Shown: in pieces, positions 47,220 to 57,551 of the stretch
How the letters are laid out: each line of letters begins with the position of its first letter
Position numbering within the stretch: the first letter of the stretch is position 1
Assembly: GCA_016790845.1 (NCBI GenBank)
Contig: JAEUOH010000116.1
Location: 8,305-72,304, forward strand
Length of the DNA stretch: 64,000 nucleotides
DNA from: Dechloromonas sp.
Lineage (GTDB): Bacteria > Pseudomonadota > Gammaproteobacteria > Burkholderiales > Rhodocyclaceae
Direction of reading: 5' to 3'
Position numbers and translations under genes: made by a program
Notes under the pieces: model-generated
What the model was told of the DNA's origin: nothing
The model's input: only the letters and a program-made list of their open reading frames with translations
Database searches by the model: none

Positions 47220-48457
47220 GGATTTCCGGAAGCCACACCTCGCGCGGCTCCATTGGCGCCTGGGTGCTTTATGACGTCGCAGCGCATGGTTACGGGCTGA
47301 TGATTCCGGCGGTCGGCTACGCGATTTATTTCACCTCGTTCATTGCTGCCGCACACCCGCTGGCGGATGGGCTGTGGTCGCTGGCCGTCGCCTTGCCGCT
47401 AATCGCCGCCGGGTTGATCAGCCCGTGGCTCGGCGCCGTTGTTGATAGTCATGGGCACCGCCGCACCTGGTTGGCTGCAGCAACGATTGCCTGCGGTCTG
47501 GCAACAGCCTTGATGGTCACACTGGAACAGGGCGATATCGCGCCGGGTATTGCCTTGTTCGCGGTTGCCCAACTGGCTTCATTGCTGGCGGGAGCCCTGT
47601 ACAACGCTTATCTGCCGCAAATTTCGACACCTGAAAATTCCGCGCGTATATCCGGCATCGGCTGGGGCTTGAGCTACCTGGGCGGGATCGCCTGTTTCCT
47701 GCTTTGCCTCCCGTTCATTCGTGGTGGCATCGTACCCGGCAATGAATCCCATTTTGCCCAGGCATTCCTGGTGACGGCCGTATTTCTGCTGGCGGTCGGG
47801 CTGGCAGCGATTTCCCGATTTCCTCGAGAAATCAGGGTCGACCGCAACACGCGTAGCGTTCGCCCGTATCGGCAGATTTGGGCAACCATTTGCAACTGGC
47901 GAAACGAGCGTGAGATACCGAAATTTTTGCTCGCCTACTATCTGCTCAACGATGCCATGGTCACGGTCATCTTTTTCGCGGCAATCTTTTTCAAGACTAC
48001 ATTTGGGCTGAGCGTGCAGCAGGTGCTGATGTATTCGCTGGCCTTCCAGTTGATCGCCATTCCGGCGACCATGTTCTTCGGCTGGCTTGGCGACCGCTGG
48101 AGTCAGCGCGGGGCGCTCAATGTCACGCTGCTGATCTGGGCCGTGGTGCTCGCCCTGATGGGCTGGGCCGACGGCGAATACGCGCCGCTGGCCATCGTGA
48201 TCGTTCTCGGGCTGGTTCTGGGATCGACCCAAAGCCTGTGCCGCAGCATGTTCTCGCGCATGATCCCGACTGATCGAACCGCAGAACATTTCGGCTTTCA
48301 CGCACTGGCCGGCCGGGCGTCATCGGCGCTTGGGCCGCTATTGTTCGGCGCCGTCAGCGCCATGGCTGGCAGTCAGAGGATGGCCATGGTGTCGCTGGGT
48401 GTCTTTCTCGTTACCGGTGGAATCCTGATGTCCCGCGTCCGACTGATCGATCGCTGA
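47216..48457 (+). CDS. MFS transporter (UMF1/Atg22-like)
   Basis: AWVLYD, YNAYLP, GWGLSYLGG and QSLCRSMF motifs; about 12 TMs. Confidence 0.85.
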   Translation: MRISGSHTSRGSIGAWVLYDVAAHGYGLMIPAVGYAIYFTSFIAAAHPLADGLWSLAVALPLIAAGLISPWLGAVVDSHGHRRTWLAAATIACGLATALMVTLEQGDIAPGIALFAVAQLASLLAGALYNAYLPQISTPENSARISGIGWGLSYLGGIACFLLCLPFIRGGIVPGNESHFAQAFLVTAVFLLAVGLAAISRFPREIRVDRNTRSVRPYRQIWATICNWRNEREIPKFLLAYYLLNDAMVTVIFFAAIFFKTTFGLSVQQVLMYSLAFQLIAIPATMFFGWLGDRWSQRGALNVTLLIWAVVLALMGWADGEYAPLAIVIVLGLVLGSTQSLCRSMFSRMIPTDRTAEHFGFHALAGRASSALGPLLFGAVSAMAGSQRMAMVSLGVFLVTGGILMSRVRLIDR

Positions 48458-48656
48458 AACGCATTGCCGGCCTCACAAACTCGTCGCCAAGCTTAATCGA
48501 CGTTTTCGCCAAACACATAGCTTGCAACGGGACGGAAATGGGACAGGGTCCGGTCACTCCACTTAGTTGGAGCCAACGACCGTTTTGGCCGAACAACAAC
48601 CAGTCGAGCACTCAGCCCGACGGCAAACGAGATTTTCATCCGCACCGCACTGACAC

Positions 48657-49529
48657 CTAGACAACCCCCTCTTCGGCCCAGCGCTGGGAACGCAAGGCAT
48701 TGGCCACTGCCAATGCCCGAAGCTCATGCCGGCGGGCAGGATCGTCCGCGGCTTCATCGCCATCCATCTCCCGGTCGAGCTTCAGGCAGGCCTCGCGGGC
48801 CAGCTCCAGCAGCCTGGCTTTGGGGTAGGCTTTATCTTCGTTGCCCTGATACGCGGCGTAATCACAGGCGCAAACCGTCAACAGATCAAGGTAGCGCCCG
48901 GGCCGGGCGAAGGCATCCACCCTTTCAAGCAGCGCGGTAATCGAAGCGGCGCGCATCGGGGCGGCCCGGTGAACTCTCTCCAGTTCCATGGCGACCAGCA
49001 GCGCAAGTTCCCGTAGTTCCGGCGAAAGCTCGAAGCGGGCGCATATCGCTTCGATACGCGGCAGGCAGCGATCGACATGGCGATAATGCGCCGGGAGGTG
49101 CTGCGGTGGCGAATCCGCCTTGCCGAGATTGAACACCAGCGCGGCAAAGCGTACCGGTAGCGCCGCATGGAAGGCGGCGGTCTTGTCCAGAACACGCCAC
49201 TGGTGCACGCCGATATCGACCTGATCGCTCACGTCGGCACTCTGGAATTGGCCGAACAAGGCTTCGATTTCCGGCAACATGCTGGCCAGCACACCACAGT
49301 CCCGCAGGGCGACAAACATCCGCGAGGGTTTCTCGCCCATCAGGCCCCTGGCGAGAAACGGCCATACCGCCACCGGATCGATAGCGGCCAGACCACCGCC
49401 GTCGACGAGTCGTTTCATGTCCGACAGCGTTTCGCCATCGAGCCAGCCGCCGGGCTGCGCCGCCCCCGCCGCCAGCTCGAACAAGACAAGGCCCGGCTGA
49501 ATGTCGTCGCGCGAACGAGAAAGACTCAT
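48657..49529 (-). CDS. Cca (tRNA nucleotidyltransferase) C-terminal/HD-like protein lacking the nucleotidyltransferase head
   Basis: KPSRMF..LRDCG.LA.MLPEIEALFG, DIGVH, VRFAALVFNLGK and DAFARP resemble the Cca body/HD region. Confidence 0.7.
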   Translation of the reverse strand: MSLSRSRDDIQPGLVLFELAAGAAQPGGWLDGETLSDMKRLVDGGGLAAIDPVAVWPFLARGLMGEKPSRMFVALRDCGVLASMLPEIEALFGQFQSADVSDQVDIGVHQWRVLDKTAAFHAALPVRFAALVFNLGKADSPPQHLPAHYRHVDRCLPRIEAICARFELSPELRELALLVAMELERVHRAAPMRAASITALLERVDAFARPGRYLDLLTVCACDYAAYQGNEDKAYPKARLLELAREACLKLDREMDGDEAADDPARRHELRALAVANALRSQRWAEEGVV

Positions 49530-49891
49530 AAGACAGGTCGATCCTTGGCAAACCACGCCATCAGCGAGGCCTCGATGTCGGCATAGGGATATTCGCCAAC
49601 GGCTTCGATGCCGGCGGCGGTCAGTTTCTCGGCGGGCCCGTTACCGATGCGGGCGACAAAACAGGCGGAACATCCGGCCAATGTGCGCAGGATGGCCTCC
49701 CGTTTGTCTTCGTCGCCATAGCCACCCTGGCAATAATGTTCGACCAGGCGTTGCTCGATGAAGCGAGCGCCGCCCGACCCCACTTCGTAAATCGCAAAAC
49801 TGTCCGCATGGCCAAAATGCTGGTTGATCTGCCCATCGCCCTTGGTCGCGACAGCGACCAGCATGCACGCCTGCTTCGGATTCTCTGACAT
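49526..49891 (-). CDS. NifX/NifB family FeMo-cofactor-binding domain protein
   Basis: VAVAT...INQHFGHA..F.IYEV, YCQGG and RIGNGP motifs. Confidence 0.85.
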   Translation of the reverse strand: MSENPKQACMLVAVATKGDGQINQHFGHADSFAIYEVGSGGARFIEQRLVEHYCQGGYGDEDKREAILRTLAGCSACFVARIGNGPAEKLTAAGIEAVGEYPYADIEASLMAWFAKDRPVL

Positions 49892-49948
49892 TGGCTCCCC
49901 TGGCGATTGTCAAGTAAACGACATCCGGTCCGGATTCGAATCCCTTGA

Positions 49949-49965
49949 AGCAACGACCTTGCCAA
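49949..49965 (-). promoter_or_regulatory. Sigma54 (-24/-12) promoter
   Basis: Minus strand TTGGCAAGGTCGTTGCT, exact GG-N10-GC spacing, about 58 bp upstream of the NifX-like start. Confidence 0.7.
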
Positions 49966-50031
49966 AATATTCACGGGCAGCAGGCAAATGCACGCCATGC
50001 CGCTGAGTTCGGCAAAGCGCGCGGGCGAGCG

Positions 50032-52395
50032 TTATCTGGGTTGAGCGAGCTGCCCGGCCGGTAGCGGCGGCACTGGCGGCGTCGCGCGATTGCGCTGCGG
50101 CAGCTCGGTCCAGCGCGGATCGGGTCGCCAATGGGTGTGCCAGGAGAGCAACTGCTCGGCCGGCATCGGCCGGGCGATTCCATAGCCCTGAGCCAATTCG
50201 CAACCGAGTTGCAACAGCGCTACGCCATGCGCAACCGTTTCGACGCCTTCGGCGATGACCTGACGGCCAAAGGAGGTCGCCAGGCCGAGCACGCCGTCGA
50301 TGATGGTCAGGTCGTCGGGGTCGCTCAGCATGTCGCGGACGAAGCTCTGGTCGATCTTGAGTACCTGCGCCGGCAGGCGCTTTAGATAGGTGAGCGAGGA
50401 ATAGCCGGTACCGAAGTCGTCCAGCGAGAAACTGACGCCCAGTTCGGCGCACGCAGCGATGATTTCGGTGACGTTGCCGATGTCTTCCAGTGCGCTGCTC
50501 TCCAGCACCTCCAGCTCCAGCCGCTCGGGGCGCACGCCCGGGTGCGCAGCGAGCAGCTTCTTCAGGCGCACGACGAAATCCGCCTGCTGGAGATGATGCG
50601 CGGAAATGTTCACGCTGACCGGCAGCTCGAGATTCTGCCCCTGCCATGCCTCAACCTGCGCCAGCGCGGTGTCGATGACCCATTCCCCAATCGCCACACC
50701 AAGCGGGTGACCTTCGATCTCGGGCAGGAACTGAGCCGGGGCAAGCAGGCCGCGCTGCGGATGCTGCCAGCGGATCAAGGCCTCGACGCCGATCAGCGCG
50801 CCAGTGCGGAGATTGACCTTGGGCTGGTAATGAAGCACGAATTCACGTTCGTCGAGCGCGCGCTGGATACGCCCGATCTTTTCGTGGCGACCGCGCACGG
50901 CGCGATCCCGCTCGTCGTCAAAAATGTGGAAGCGGTTCCTGCCATCCTGCTTGGCCTGGTACATCGCCTGGTCGGCGCGGCGCACCAATTGCTCCGCGTC
51001 AACATCGTCGCCGCCGGCGTAATAGGCGACGCCGATACTCGACGACACCTGGAGCAGCAGCCCGTTGCACTCGACAGGCTGTGCCGCCGCCGCAAGCAGT
51101 CGCGAGATGAGCGGGAGGCTGGTCGGAACATCGGGAAGGTCGACCAGAATGGTGACGAATTCGTCACCACCCAGGCGGGCAATGGTGTCGCCGGCACGCA
51201 GGCATTGCCGCATCCGGTCTGCAAGCGCCACAAGCAATTGGTCGCCCATCGCGTGGCCGTGTCGGTCGTTGATCGCCTTGAAACCGTCGAGATCGATATA
51301 GGCCACCGCCAGTTGCCGCTGGCGCCGCCTGGTCTGGGCCAGTGCCTGGCGCAGACGGTCGGACAGGAGCATGCGATTGGGCAGATCGGTCAGCATGTCA
51401 TAGTGGGCGATGTGTTCGAGTTGCCGCCGGTTTTCCTTCTGCCCGGAGATGTCATAGCAGAAGCCGATGTAGCCGATGAAATTTCCGGTGCTGTCGAAGC
51501 GCGGGTTCCCGTCGTCCTGAATCCAGCGGTAGTCGCCATTGGCATGACGCAGGCGGTACTCCATGCTGAAAGACTGGCGGCGCGCGAAACTGTCCGCGTA
51601 CATCTGCAGGCAATGGTCGTAATCTTCCGGATGGATTCCTTCCGTCCATCCGTCGCCAAGCTCCATCTCGAGCGACCGGCCGGTGAAGCGCAGCCAGGGT
51701 TCGTTGAAATAGGTGCACAGCATGTCGGTGCCCGAGGTCCAGATCAGCGCCGAGCCGCCGTTGGCCAGCGTCCGGTAGTGCTGTTCGCTCTCGCGCAATG
51801 CCGCTGCCGCCTGTTTCTGCTCGGTTACATTGATCAGCACCCCGTGAATGGCCTTCACCCGCCCCTCGGCATCGCGCGTCAGCCAGGTTCGATCGTCCAC
51901 CCAAATCCAGTGGCCGTCGCCGTGGCGCAAGCGGTATTCATGCAGGTAATCGTCGGGGCCGTGCTCGAGGTGGGCAGCGATGTCCGGTTCGAGCGCGGCG
52001 CGGTCATCGGGATGAATGAGGTCACTGTAACTGACTTTGCCCGACATGAGGTCGTCCGGCTGGTGGCCGAATTGGACGATATTGCCGCTGACAAAATCCA
52101 CCGGCATGCCGGGTTGGTTGCGCCAGGTGATCGCGACGACCGGCGAACGCTCGATGATCCCGGCCAGATGATGCAGCCGCGATTCGAAGGCCGACTTCTG
52201 GCGCTGGTACATTTCGACCATTTCCTCGGAGGAAACGTCCAGCGAATGTTCGAGCATCCGGCGATCCTGGTCGGCCTCGTCGTAGGTGGTCTGCACCGCC
52301 TCGATCAGCGCCTGCCAGCCCGCCGCATCGGGCGGCTCGTTCGGATTCAGCCCAAGCCGGCGCAACTGGCGCGCGAGCAACGGATGACCTATCAC
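50032..52395 (-). CDS. PAS-PAS-GGDEF-EAL diguanylate cyclase/phosphodiesterase
   Basis: Two PAS/PAC domains, RLGGDEF, EALIRW and DDFGTGYSS; GTG start overlapping the FIST stop is inferred. Confidence 0.92.
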   Translation of the reverse strand: MIGHPLLARQLRRLGLNPNEPPDAAGWQALIEAVQTTYDEADQDRRMLEHSLDVSSEEMVEMYQRQKSAFESRLHHLAGIIERSPVVAITWRNQPGMPVDFVSGNIVQFGHQPDDLMSGKVSYSDLIHPDDRAALEPDIAAHLEHGPDDYLHEYRLRHGDGHWIWVDDRTWLTRDAEGRVKAIHGVLINVTEQKQAAAALRESEQHYRTLANGGSALIWTSGTDMLCTYFNEPWLRFTGRSLEMELGDGWTEGIHPEDYDHCLQMYADSFARRQSFSMEYRLRHANGDYRWIQDDGNPRFDSTGNFIGYIGFCYDISGQKENRRQLEHIAHYDMLTDLPNRMLLSDRLRQALAQTRRRQRQLAVAYIDLDGFKAINDRHGHAMGDQLLVALADRMRQCLRAGDTIARLGGDEFVTILVDLPDVPTSLPLISRLLAAAAQPVECNGLLLQVSSSIGVAYYAGGDDVDAEQLVRRADQAMYQAKQDGRNRFHIFDDERDRAVRGRHEKIGRIQRALDEREFVLHYQPKVNLRTGALIGVEALIRWQHPQRGLLAPAQFLPEIEGHPLGVAIGEWVIDTALAQVEAWQGQNLELPVSVNISAHHLQQADFVVRLKKLLAAHPGVRPERLELEVLESSALEDIGNVTEIIAACAELGVSFSLDDFGTGYSSLTYLKRLPAQVLKIDQSFVRDMLSDPDDLTIIDGVLGLATSFGRQVIAEGVETVAHGVALLQLGCELAQGYGIARPMPAEQLLSWHTHWRPDPRWTELPQRNRATPPVPPLPAGQLAQPR

Positions 52396-53537
52396 GATCG
52401 CGTTTCCCAAAGGAGCGAGAGGGTCATCGTCTGATTGTGCAGATCGCAACGGCCGCTGCTCAAGGGCGAGAGCTCTCCGTAGGAGTAATAGCCGATCATC
52501 CGGCTGGGCTTGGGCAAGGTGTCGAGCACGGTTTCAAGCTCTTCTTCGCAGCGCTGCCCGAGCACCAGACGACGTCCGATGCAGCTGATCGCGAGGCACA
52601 GAGCTTCGCCCGCCATGTTTGCGCCCGCTCGGATGCCATCGGCGGCGCCGGTGGCTCCGTCGATCAGGCGATCGCGGTTGGCGCGCATCATGCGTACGAA
52701 GCGCCCTTGCGGGATGTCACCGGCAAAAGTGATCGACTGTTCTGCTTCATTGACGGCGAGAATCGTTCGCACCGTCAACCCGTCGGCCTCCAGCTCGTTG
52801 CGGATGGCCAGCGGAAAGAGCAGGCCGGCGGCCGGCAGTTCGCCGGCGCGTTCGCCGAGGTATTTCCGGTAGAGGGACAGGGCCGGCTGGCCGTCCAGAG
52901 AATACAGGACGTTGCCGGTGGCGTGCGTGACCTCCCGCTCCGGCCCGAAAACATCCCAGCCGCCACGGTGATTGCAGGCCATGCCGACACTGTCGCCATA
53001 GAAGCCGACCGCGACAACGTGTTCCGCCTGTGGCGCCCGGTCGACGATCACCCAGGTTTGACCGAAGCGGTCGCCATCGGCTGCCAGCCCGCCCGATACC
53101 GGTAGCCCGGCCGGCAACTCGGCGGCGAGCCCTGCCGCAAGCGCCGAACCATTGACCGCGAGGCCGTCGGCCAGCACGAAAATGCCTTTCAAGTCCGGCC
53201 CGGACAAGCTGCGGGCAATGTTCCGCCCGGCCTCGAACGCGCCGTTTTCCGGGTCGATCTTTTCCTGCAGACTGCGCACGCGCGCCGTATCGAAACGGAC
53301 GATGGCCACCGCCACACTGTCGTCGGCGAGCGTCGCGCCAAGTATCTCCCCGGCGGTAGAGCAACCGATCCAGTGGGCGAGCCGAAACTGGAGGCGCAAG
53401 TCACCCAGGGCTTTTTCGAGCACCGGGCAACGCGTCCCGGCAAAGATGAAAAGCACCGTACCCGCCGAATCGAGCGCGCCATCCGGCAGCTGGTTCCAGC
53501 CGGCGTCGCGGGTGTAATGATGAATTGAAAGCTGCAC
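52392..53537 (-). CDS. FIST (NosP-like) sensory domain protein
   Basis: GCSTAGEI, SGGLAADG, ISCIGRR, GYYSYGEL and LHNQT motifs. Confidence 0.9.
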   Translation of the reverse strand: MQLSIHHYTRDAGWNQLPDGALDSAGTVLFIFAGTRCPVLEKALGDLRLQFRLAHWIGCSTAGEILGATLADDSVAVAIVRFDTARVRSLQEKIDPENGAFEAGRNIARSLSGPDLKGIFVLADGLAVNGSALAAGLAAELPAGLPVSGGLAADGDRFGQTWVIVDRAPQAEHVVAVGFYGDSVGMACNHRGGWDVFGPEREVTHATGNVLYSLDGQPALSLYRKYLGERAGELPAAGLLFPLAIRNELEADGLTVRTILAVNEAEQSITFAGDIPQGRFVRMMRANRDRLIDGATGAADGIRAGANMAGEALCLAISCIGRRLVLGQRCEEELETVLDTLPKPSRMIGYYSYGELSPLSSGRCDLHNQTMTLSLLWETRS

Positions 53538-53837
53538 GAGTATTTGGCTTGTCCAGCCGCCCCCTAGGTAATTTGACCAGCGCATTGCGCGATGGCTCAG
53601 GCTTGTGTAAATGACCATTTCGACACTGAGACCGTGCTCGCCAGGCCGGCCAGCATCGTGGCAACCCCTTGTCGTTGAACATAAGTTAGCGCAAATGCAC
53701 CAGTTTGCCCGTGACATAATCCACAGCAATCGGCATTTATTCCGACGCGGCCATACATCGGACTCTGCAAGCAGGCAGGCTACAATTCCGCGAACACTGC
53801 CCTGTTGCGGTCGACCCTCGAAAAAACCCGAAAACCG

Positions 53838-54728
53838 ATGCGCCCTTCCCGTTCAGAATATCTCGACCTGCCCACCGTCCGTCTGCACATCCGCCGCTGG
53901 GGCGATCCCGCCGCTCCGACGCTGTTCCTGCTTCATGGCTGGATGGACGTTTCCGCCTCCTTCCAGTTCGTCGTCGACGAGCTGCAACGCGACTGGAATA
54001 TCGTCGCCCCCGACTGGCGCGGCTTCGGGCCGTCGCAATGGCTGAACCGCCCTTACTTCTTCGCCGAACATCTGGGTGATCTGGAAGCCATCGTCGACCG
54101 CTACGCGCCGACAGGCAAAGTCCGCCTTGCCGGGCACAGCATGGGCGGCATTCTTTCCTGCCTGTACGCCGGGCTACGCCCCGAGCGCGTGGAAAAGCTG
54201 ATTACGCTGGAGGGCTTCGGCATCGCCCCGACGACGCCAGACATGGCGCCGGAACGCTACCGTCACTGGCTGGGCGAACTGAAAAGCCCGCCGCGCATGC
54301 ACGTCTACCCGGATCGTGCCGCCTTTGCCCGCCGCCTGACGAAGACCGACCCCTACCTGACGCCGGAGCGCGCCGACTTCCTTTCCCGCCATCTGGCGCG
54401 CATCGGCGACGGCACGACCAAAGGCGGCGAGCGCCGGCACGGCATCATCTGGAACGGCGACCCGTGGCACAAGTCGACCTCGCCCTATCTGTTCCGCCTT
54501 GAAGAGTCGATGGCGATCTGGAAGCAGGTGACCTGCCCGGTGCTCTGGGTGGCCGGCCGCCAGTCATGGATCGTACGCGACTACGCCACCCGGCCGGGCG
54601 ACTGGGAAGCCCGCCGCGCCTGCTTCGCCGACGTCGACGAAAAGTGGATCGACAACGCCGACCACATGTTGCACCACGATCAGCCGGCGGAAGTCGCACG
54701 GTTGATCGAGGGCTGGTTCACGACTTAA
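53838..54728 (+). CDS. Alpha/beta hydrolase
   Basis: LHGWMD, PDWRGFG, GHSMGG nucleophile and HMLHHD. Confidence 0.9.
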   Translation: MRPSRSEYLDLPTVRLHIRRWGDPAAPTLFLLHGWMDVSASFQFVVDELQRDWNIVAPDWRGFGPSQWLNRPYFFAEHLGDLEAIVDRYAPTGKVRLAGHSMGGILSCLYAGLRPERVEKLITLEGFGIAPTTPDMAPERYRHWLGELKSPPRMHVYPDRAAFARRLTKTDPYLTPERADFLSRHLARIGDGTTKGGERRHGIIWNGDPWHKSTSPYLFRLEESMAIWKQVTCPVLWVAGRQSWIVRDYATRPGDWEARRACFADVDEKWIDNADHMLHHDQPAEVARLIEGWFTT

Positions 54729-56769
54729 GCAACTCCTCCCGTGACCCCAGCCAGCGCCGCAAATGGCGCTCGGCCAGCTCGGGCTGCTCGGTCAGCATCG
54801 TTTCAGCCACGCTTCGCGCCATCTCGACCAGATCGGCGTCCATCTCCAGATCGGCGTAGCGCAGAAGCGGGACACCGCTTTGCCGGCTACCAACAAATTC
54901 ACCAGGGCCGCGAATCTGTAAATCCTGGCGTGCGATCTCGAAGCCGTCGCTGTTCTCGTAGATGATCTTCAGCCGCTGGCGGGCAATTTCGCCGAGCGGG
55001 CCAGCGTAGAGGAGAACGCAGCTCGATTCGTACTGGCCGCGCCCGACGCGGCCGCGCAACTGGTGCAGTTGCGAGAGCCCGAAGCGCTCGGCGTGTTCGA
55101 TGACCATCAGGCTGGCGTTCGGCACATCGACGCCGACTTCGATGACCGTCGTCGCCACCAGCACGTCGATTTCGCCGGCGGCGAAAGCAGCCATCACCGC
55201 CTGTTTTTCGTCTGCCTTAAGGCGGCCATGCACCAGCGCCACGGTCAATGTCGAAAGCTCGGTCGAAAGCGTTGCGTAGGTTTCCTGCGCGGTCTGCAAT
55301 TGTAATGCCTCCGATTCCTCGATCAGCGGGCACACCCAATAAGCCTGGCGACCTTCCTCGATATGCTTTTTAACGAAGCCGACGACATCGTCGCGCCGGC
55401 TGTCGGCAACCAGCCGCGTCTTGATCGGCGTGCGACCAGGCGGCAGTTCGTCGAGAACTGTGACGTCGAGATCGGCGTAATAGCTCATGGCCAGCGTACG
55501 CGGGATCGGTGTCGCCGACATCATCAACTGGTGCGGGTTATTGCCCTTCTTGCGCAACGCGAGGCGCTGAGCGACGCCGAAGCGGTGCTGCTCGTCGACG
55601 ATGGCGAGGCCGAGGCGGGCGAAATCGACACCTTCCTGAATCAGCGCGTGGGTGCCGACAACCAGTTGCGCATCAGCGGCTGTGGCTTCCAGTTGCGCCC
55701 GTTTGGCTTTGCTTTTGAGGCTGCCCGAAAGCCAGGCGACGCGGACGCCGAGCGGTTCCAGCCAGTCGCGCAACTTGAGGTAATGCTGCTCGGCGAGGAT
55801 CTCGGTCGGTGCCATGAAAGCCGCCTGCCAGCCGGCCGAAATGGCCTGACAGGCAGCGAGCGCGGCGACGATGGTCTTGCCGGCCCCGACATCGCCTTGT
55901 AGCAGGCGCTGCATCGGGTAGGGCTGTGCGAGGTCGGCGCCGATTTCGGCCATCGCCCGCAACTGGGCGCCGGTCAGGCCGAAAGGCAGGCCATCGAGCA
56001 GGCGTGCCCCGAGATCGTCCTGCGCGACCAGCACCGGCGCGCCCTGCTCGCGGCGGGCCAGGTAAGCGCGGCGCAGCGACAGTTGCTGGGCCAGCACTTC
56101 ATCGAATTTGACACGCCGCCAGGCCGGATGATTGCGGGCATGCAGCGTGTCCAGATCGGTGCCCGGCGGCGGCGTGTGCAGAAAACGCAGACTGCGCGCC
56201 AAGCCGGGCAGCTTGAGTTGGTGGCGCAGTTCGTCGGGCAGTGTGTCGGACAGGTCGCCCTCCGCCAGCGCCTTGCCGATCAGCTTTTGCAGCGTGCCGT
56301 TGCCGACGCCTGCGGTCGACGGGTAAATCGGGGTCATTTCCGTTGGCAGCGGCTCGTCGTCGGCGACCTTGCGGAAGCGCGGGTGCACCATCTCGGCACC
56401 GAAAAAGCCGCCGCGCACTTCGCCGAAAGCTCGGACCCGCGAGCCTTCGCTCAGGGCGGCCTGCTGGCTCGGGTAGAAGCTGAAGAAGCGCATCACCAGT
56501 TCGCCGCTGGCATCCTGTGCGCGCACCACCATCTGGCGACGCGGCCGGAACTGCACTTCGCAGGTGCTGACGACAACCTCGACCTGCACCGGTTGCCCCC
56601 AAGGTGCCTGAGCGACTGGCATAACGCGGGTTTCGTCCTCGTAACGCAGCGGCAGATGCACCAGCAAATCGGCCTCGCAATGGAGGCCGATCTTCGCCAG
56701 TTTTTTGCGCAACGCCTCGGATGCGCGAATGGGCGCGGAAGCTGGGGCCGGCACCCCGGCAACGGTCAT
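54718..56769 (-). CDS. recG: ATP-dependent DNA helicase RecG
   Basis: HLPLRYED, QGDVGAGKT, DEQHRFG, SATPIPRT and HQLRGRVGRG motifs. Confidence 0.97.
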   Translation of the reverse strand: MTVAGVPAPASAPIRASEALRKKLAKIGLHCEADLLVHLPLRYEDETRVMPVAQAPWGQPVQVEVVVSTCEVQFRPRRQMVVRAQDASGELVMRFFSFYPSQQAALSEGSRVRAFGEVRGGFFGAEMVHPRFRKVADDEPLPTEMTPIYPSTAGVGNGTLQKLIGKALAEGDLSDTLPDELRHQLKLPGLARSLRFLHTPPPGTDLDTLHARNHPAWRRVKFDEVLAQQLSLRRAYLARREQGAPVLVAQDDLGARLLDGLPFGLTGAQLRAMAEIGADLAQPYPMQRLLQGDVGAGKTIVAALAACQAISAGWQAAFMAPTEILAEQHYLKLRDWLEPLGVRVAWLSGSLKSKAKRAQLEATAADAQLVVGTHALIQEGVDFARLGLAIVDEQHRFGVAQRLALRKKGNNPHQLMMSATPIPRTLAMSYYADLDVTVLDELPPGRTPIKTRLVADSRRDDVVGFVKKHIEEGRQAYWVCPLIEESEALQLQTAQETYATLSTELSTLTVALVHGRLKADEKQAVMAAFAAGEIDVLVATTVIEVGVDVPNASLMVIEHAERFGLSQLHQLRGRVGRGQYESSCVLLYAGPLGEIARQRLKIIYENSDGFEIARQDLQIRGPGEFVGSRQSGVPLLRYADLEMDADLVEMARSVAETMLTEQPELAERHLRRWLGSREELLKS

Positions 56770-56776
56770 CGGGGCT

Positions 56777-57160
56777 TTATTGGCCCAGGTACATCACCGC
56801 GTCGGCCTCGACCAACGCGCCACGCGGCAGTTCCTTGACGCCAACGGCGGCACGCGCCGGGAACGGTTCGCCAAAGTATTTGGCCATGGTTTCGTTGACC
56901 TTGGCAAAGTTGGCAAGGTCGATCAGGAAGACGTTGAGCTTGACGACATCGGCCAACGAACCGCCCGCCGCTTCGGCAACCGCCTTGAGATTTTCGAAGA
57001 CGCGAACGATTTGGGCGTCGATCCCGTCTACCATCTGCATGGACGCCGGATCGAGGCCGATCTGCCCGGACATATAAACGGTGTCGCCGACACGCACGGC
57101 TTGCGAATAAGTGCCGATGGCGGCCGGGGCATTCGGAGTAGCGATGATGGTCTTGGCCAT
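56777..57160 (-). CDS. ridA: RidA (YjgF/YER057c/UK114) family enamine deaminase
   Basis: [23 protein letters not shown] and LVEADA motifs. Confidence 0.9.
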   Translation of the reverse strand: MAKTIIATPNAPAAIGTYSQAVRVGDTVYMSGQIGLDPASMQMVDGIDAQIVRVFENLKAVAEAAGGSLADVVKLNVFLIDLANFAKVNETMAKYFGEPFPARAAVGVKELPRGALVEADAVMYLGQ

Positions 57161-57212
57161 GAGATGCTTCCTGTCGTGAATTACAAAGACGCTATTTTAG
57201 ACCTGAGCCCAC

Positions 57213-57545
57213 ATGAACCCACGCATCGAATCCCTGGAAAAAATGCTCGGCGGCCCGCGCGACGGCGCCCTGCTCCGCTTCTCGCTCGGCAACGAGTATT
57301 TGAAGGCCGGCGACCCGGCAAAGGCCGGAAAATGCTTCCAGGAGGCAGTCGACCGCGACAGCCGGTATTCGGCGGCCTGGAAGGCGCTAGGCAAGGCGCT
57401 CGCTGAAGCCGGCGATGCAGCCGGTGCACTGGCCGCCTACGAGCACGGCATCACCGTCGCCGAGGCGAAAGGCGACATCCAGGCGGCGAAGGAAATGCGG
57501 GTTTTCGCCAGGCGCCTTTCCAAGGCGCCCGGCGGCGCGGGCTGA
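57213..57545 (+). CDS. Small TPR-repeat protein
   Basis: LRFSLGNEYL and YSAAWKALGKAL TPR helices. Confidence 0.85.
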   Translation: MNPRIESLEKMLGGPRDGALLRFSLGNEYLKAGDPAKAGKCFQEAVDRDSRYSAAWKALGKALAEAGDAAGALAAYEHGITVAEAKGDIQAAKEMRVFARRLSKAPGGAG

Positions 57546-57551
57546 CCGGGG

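Noticed and set aside
49984-49997. Second sigma54-like motif (TGGCGTGCATTTGC, minus strand)
   Set aside because: GG-to-GC spacing is 9 nt, not the required 10
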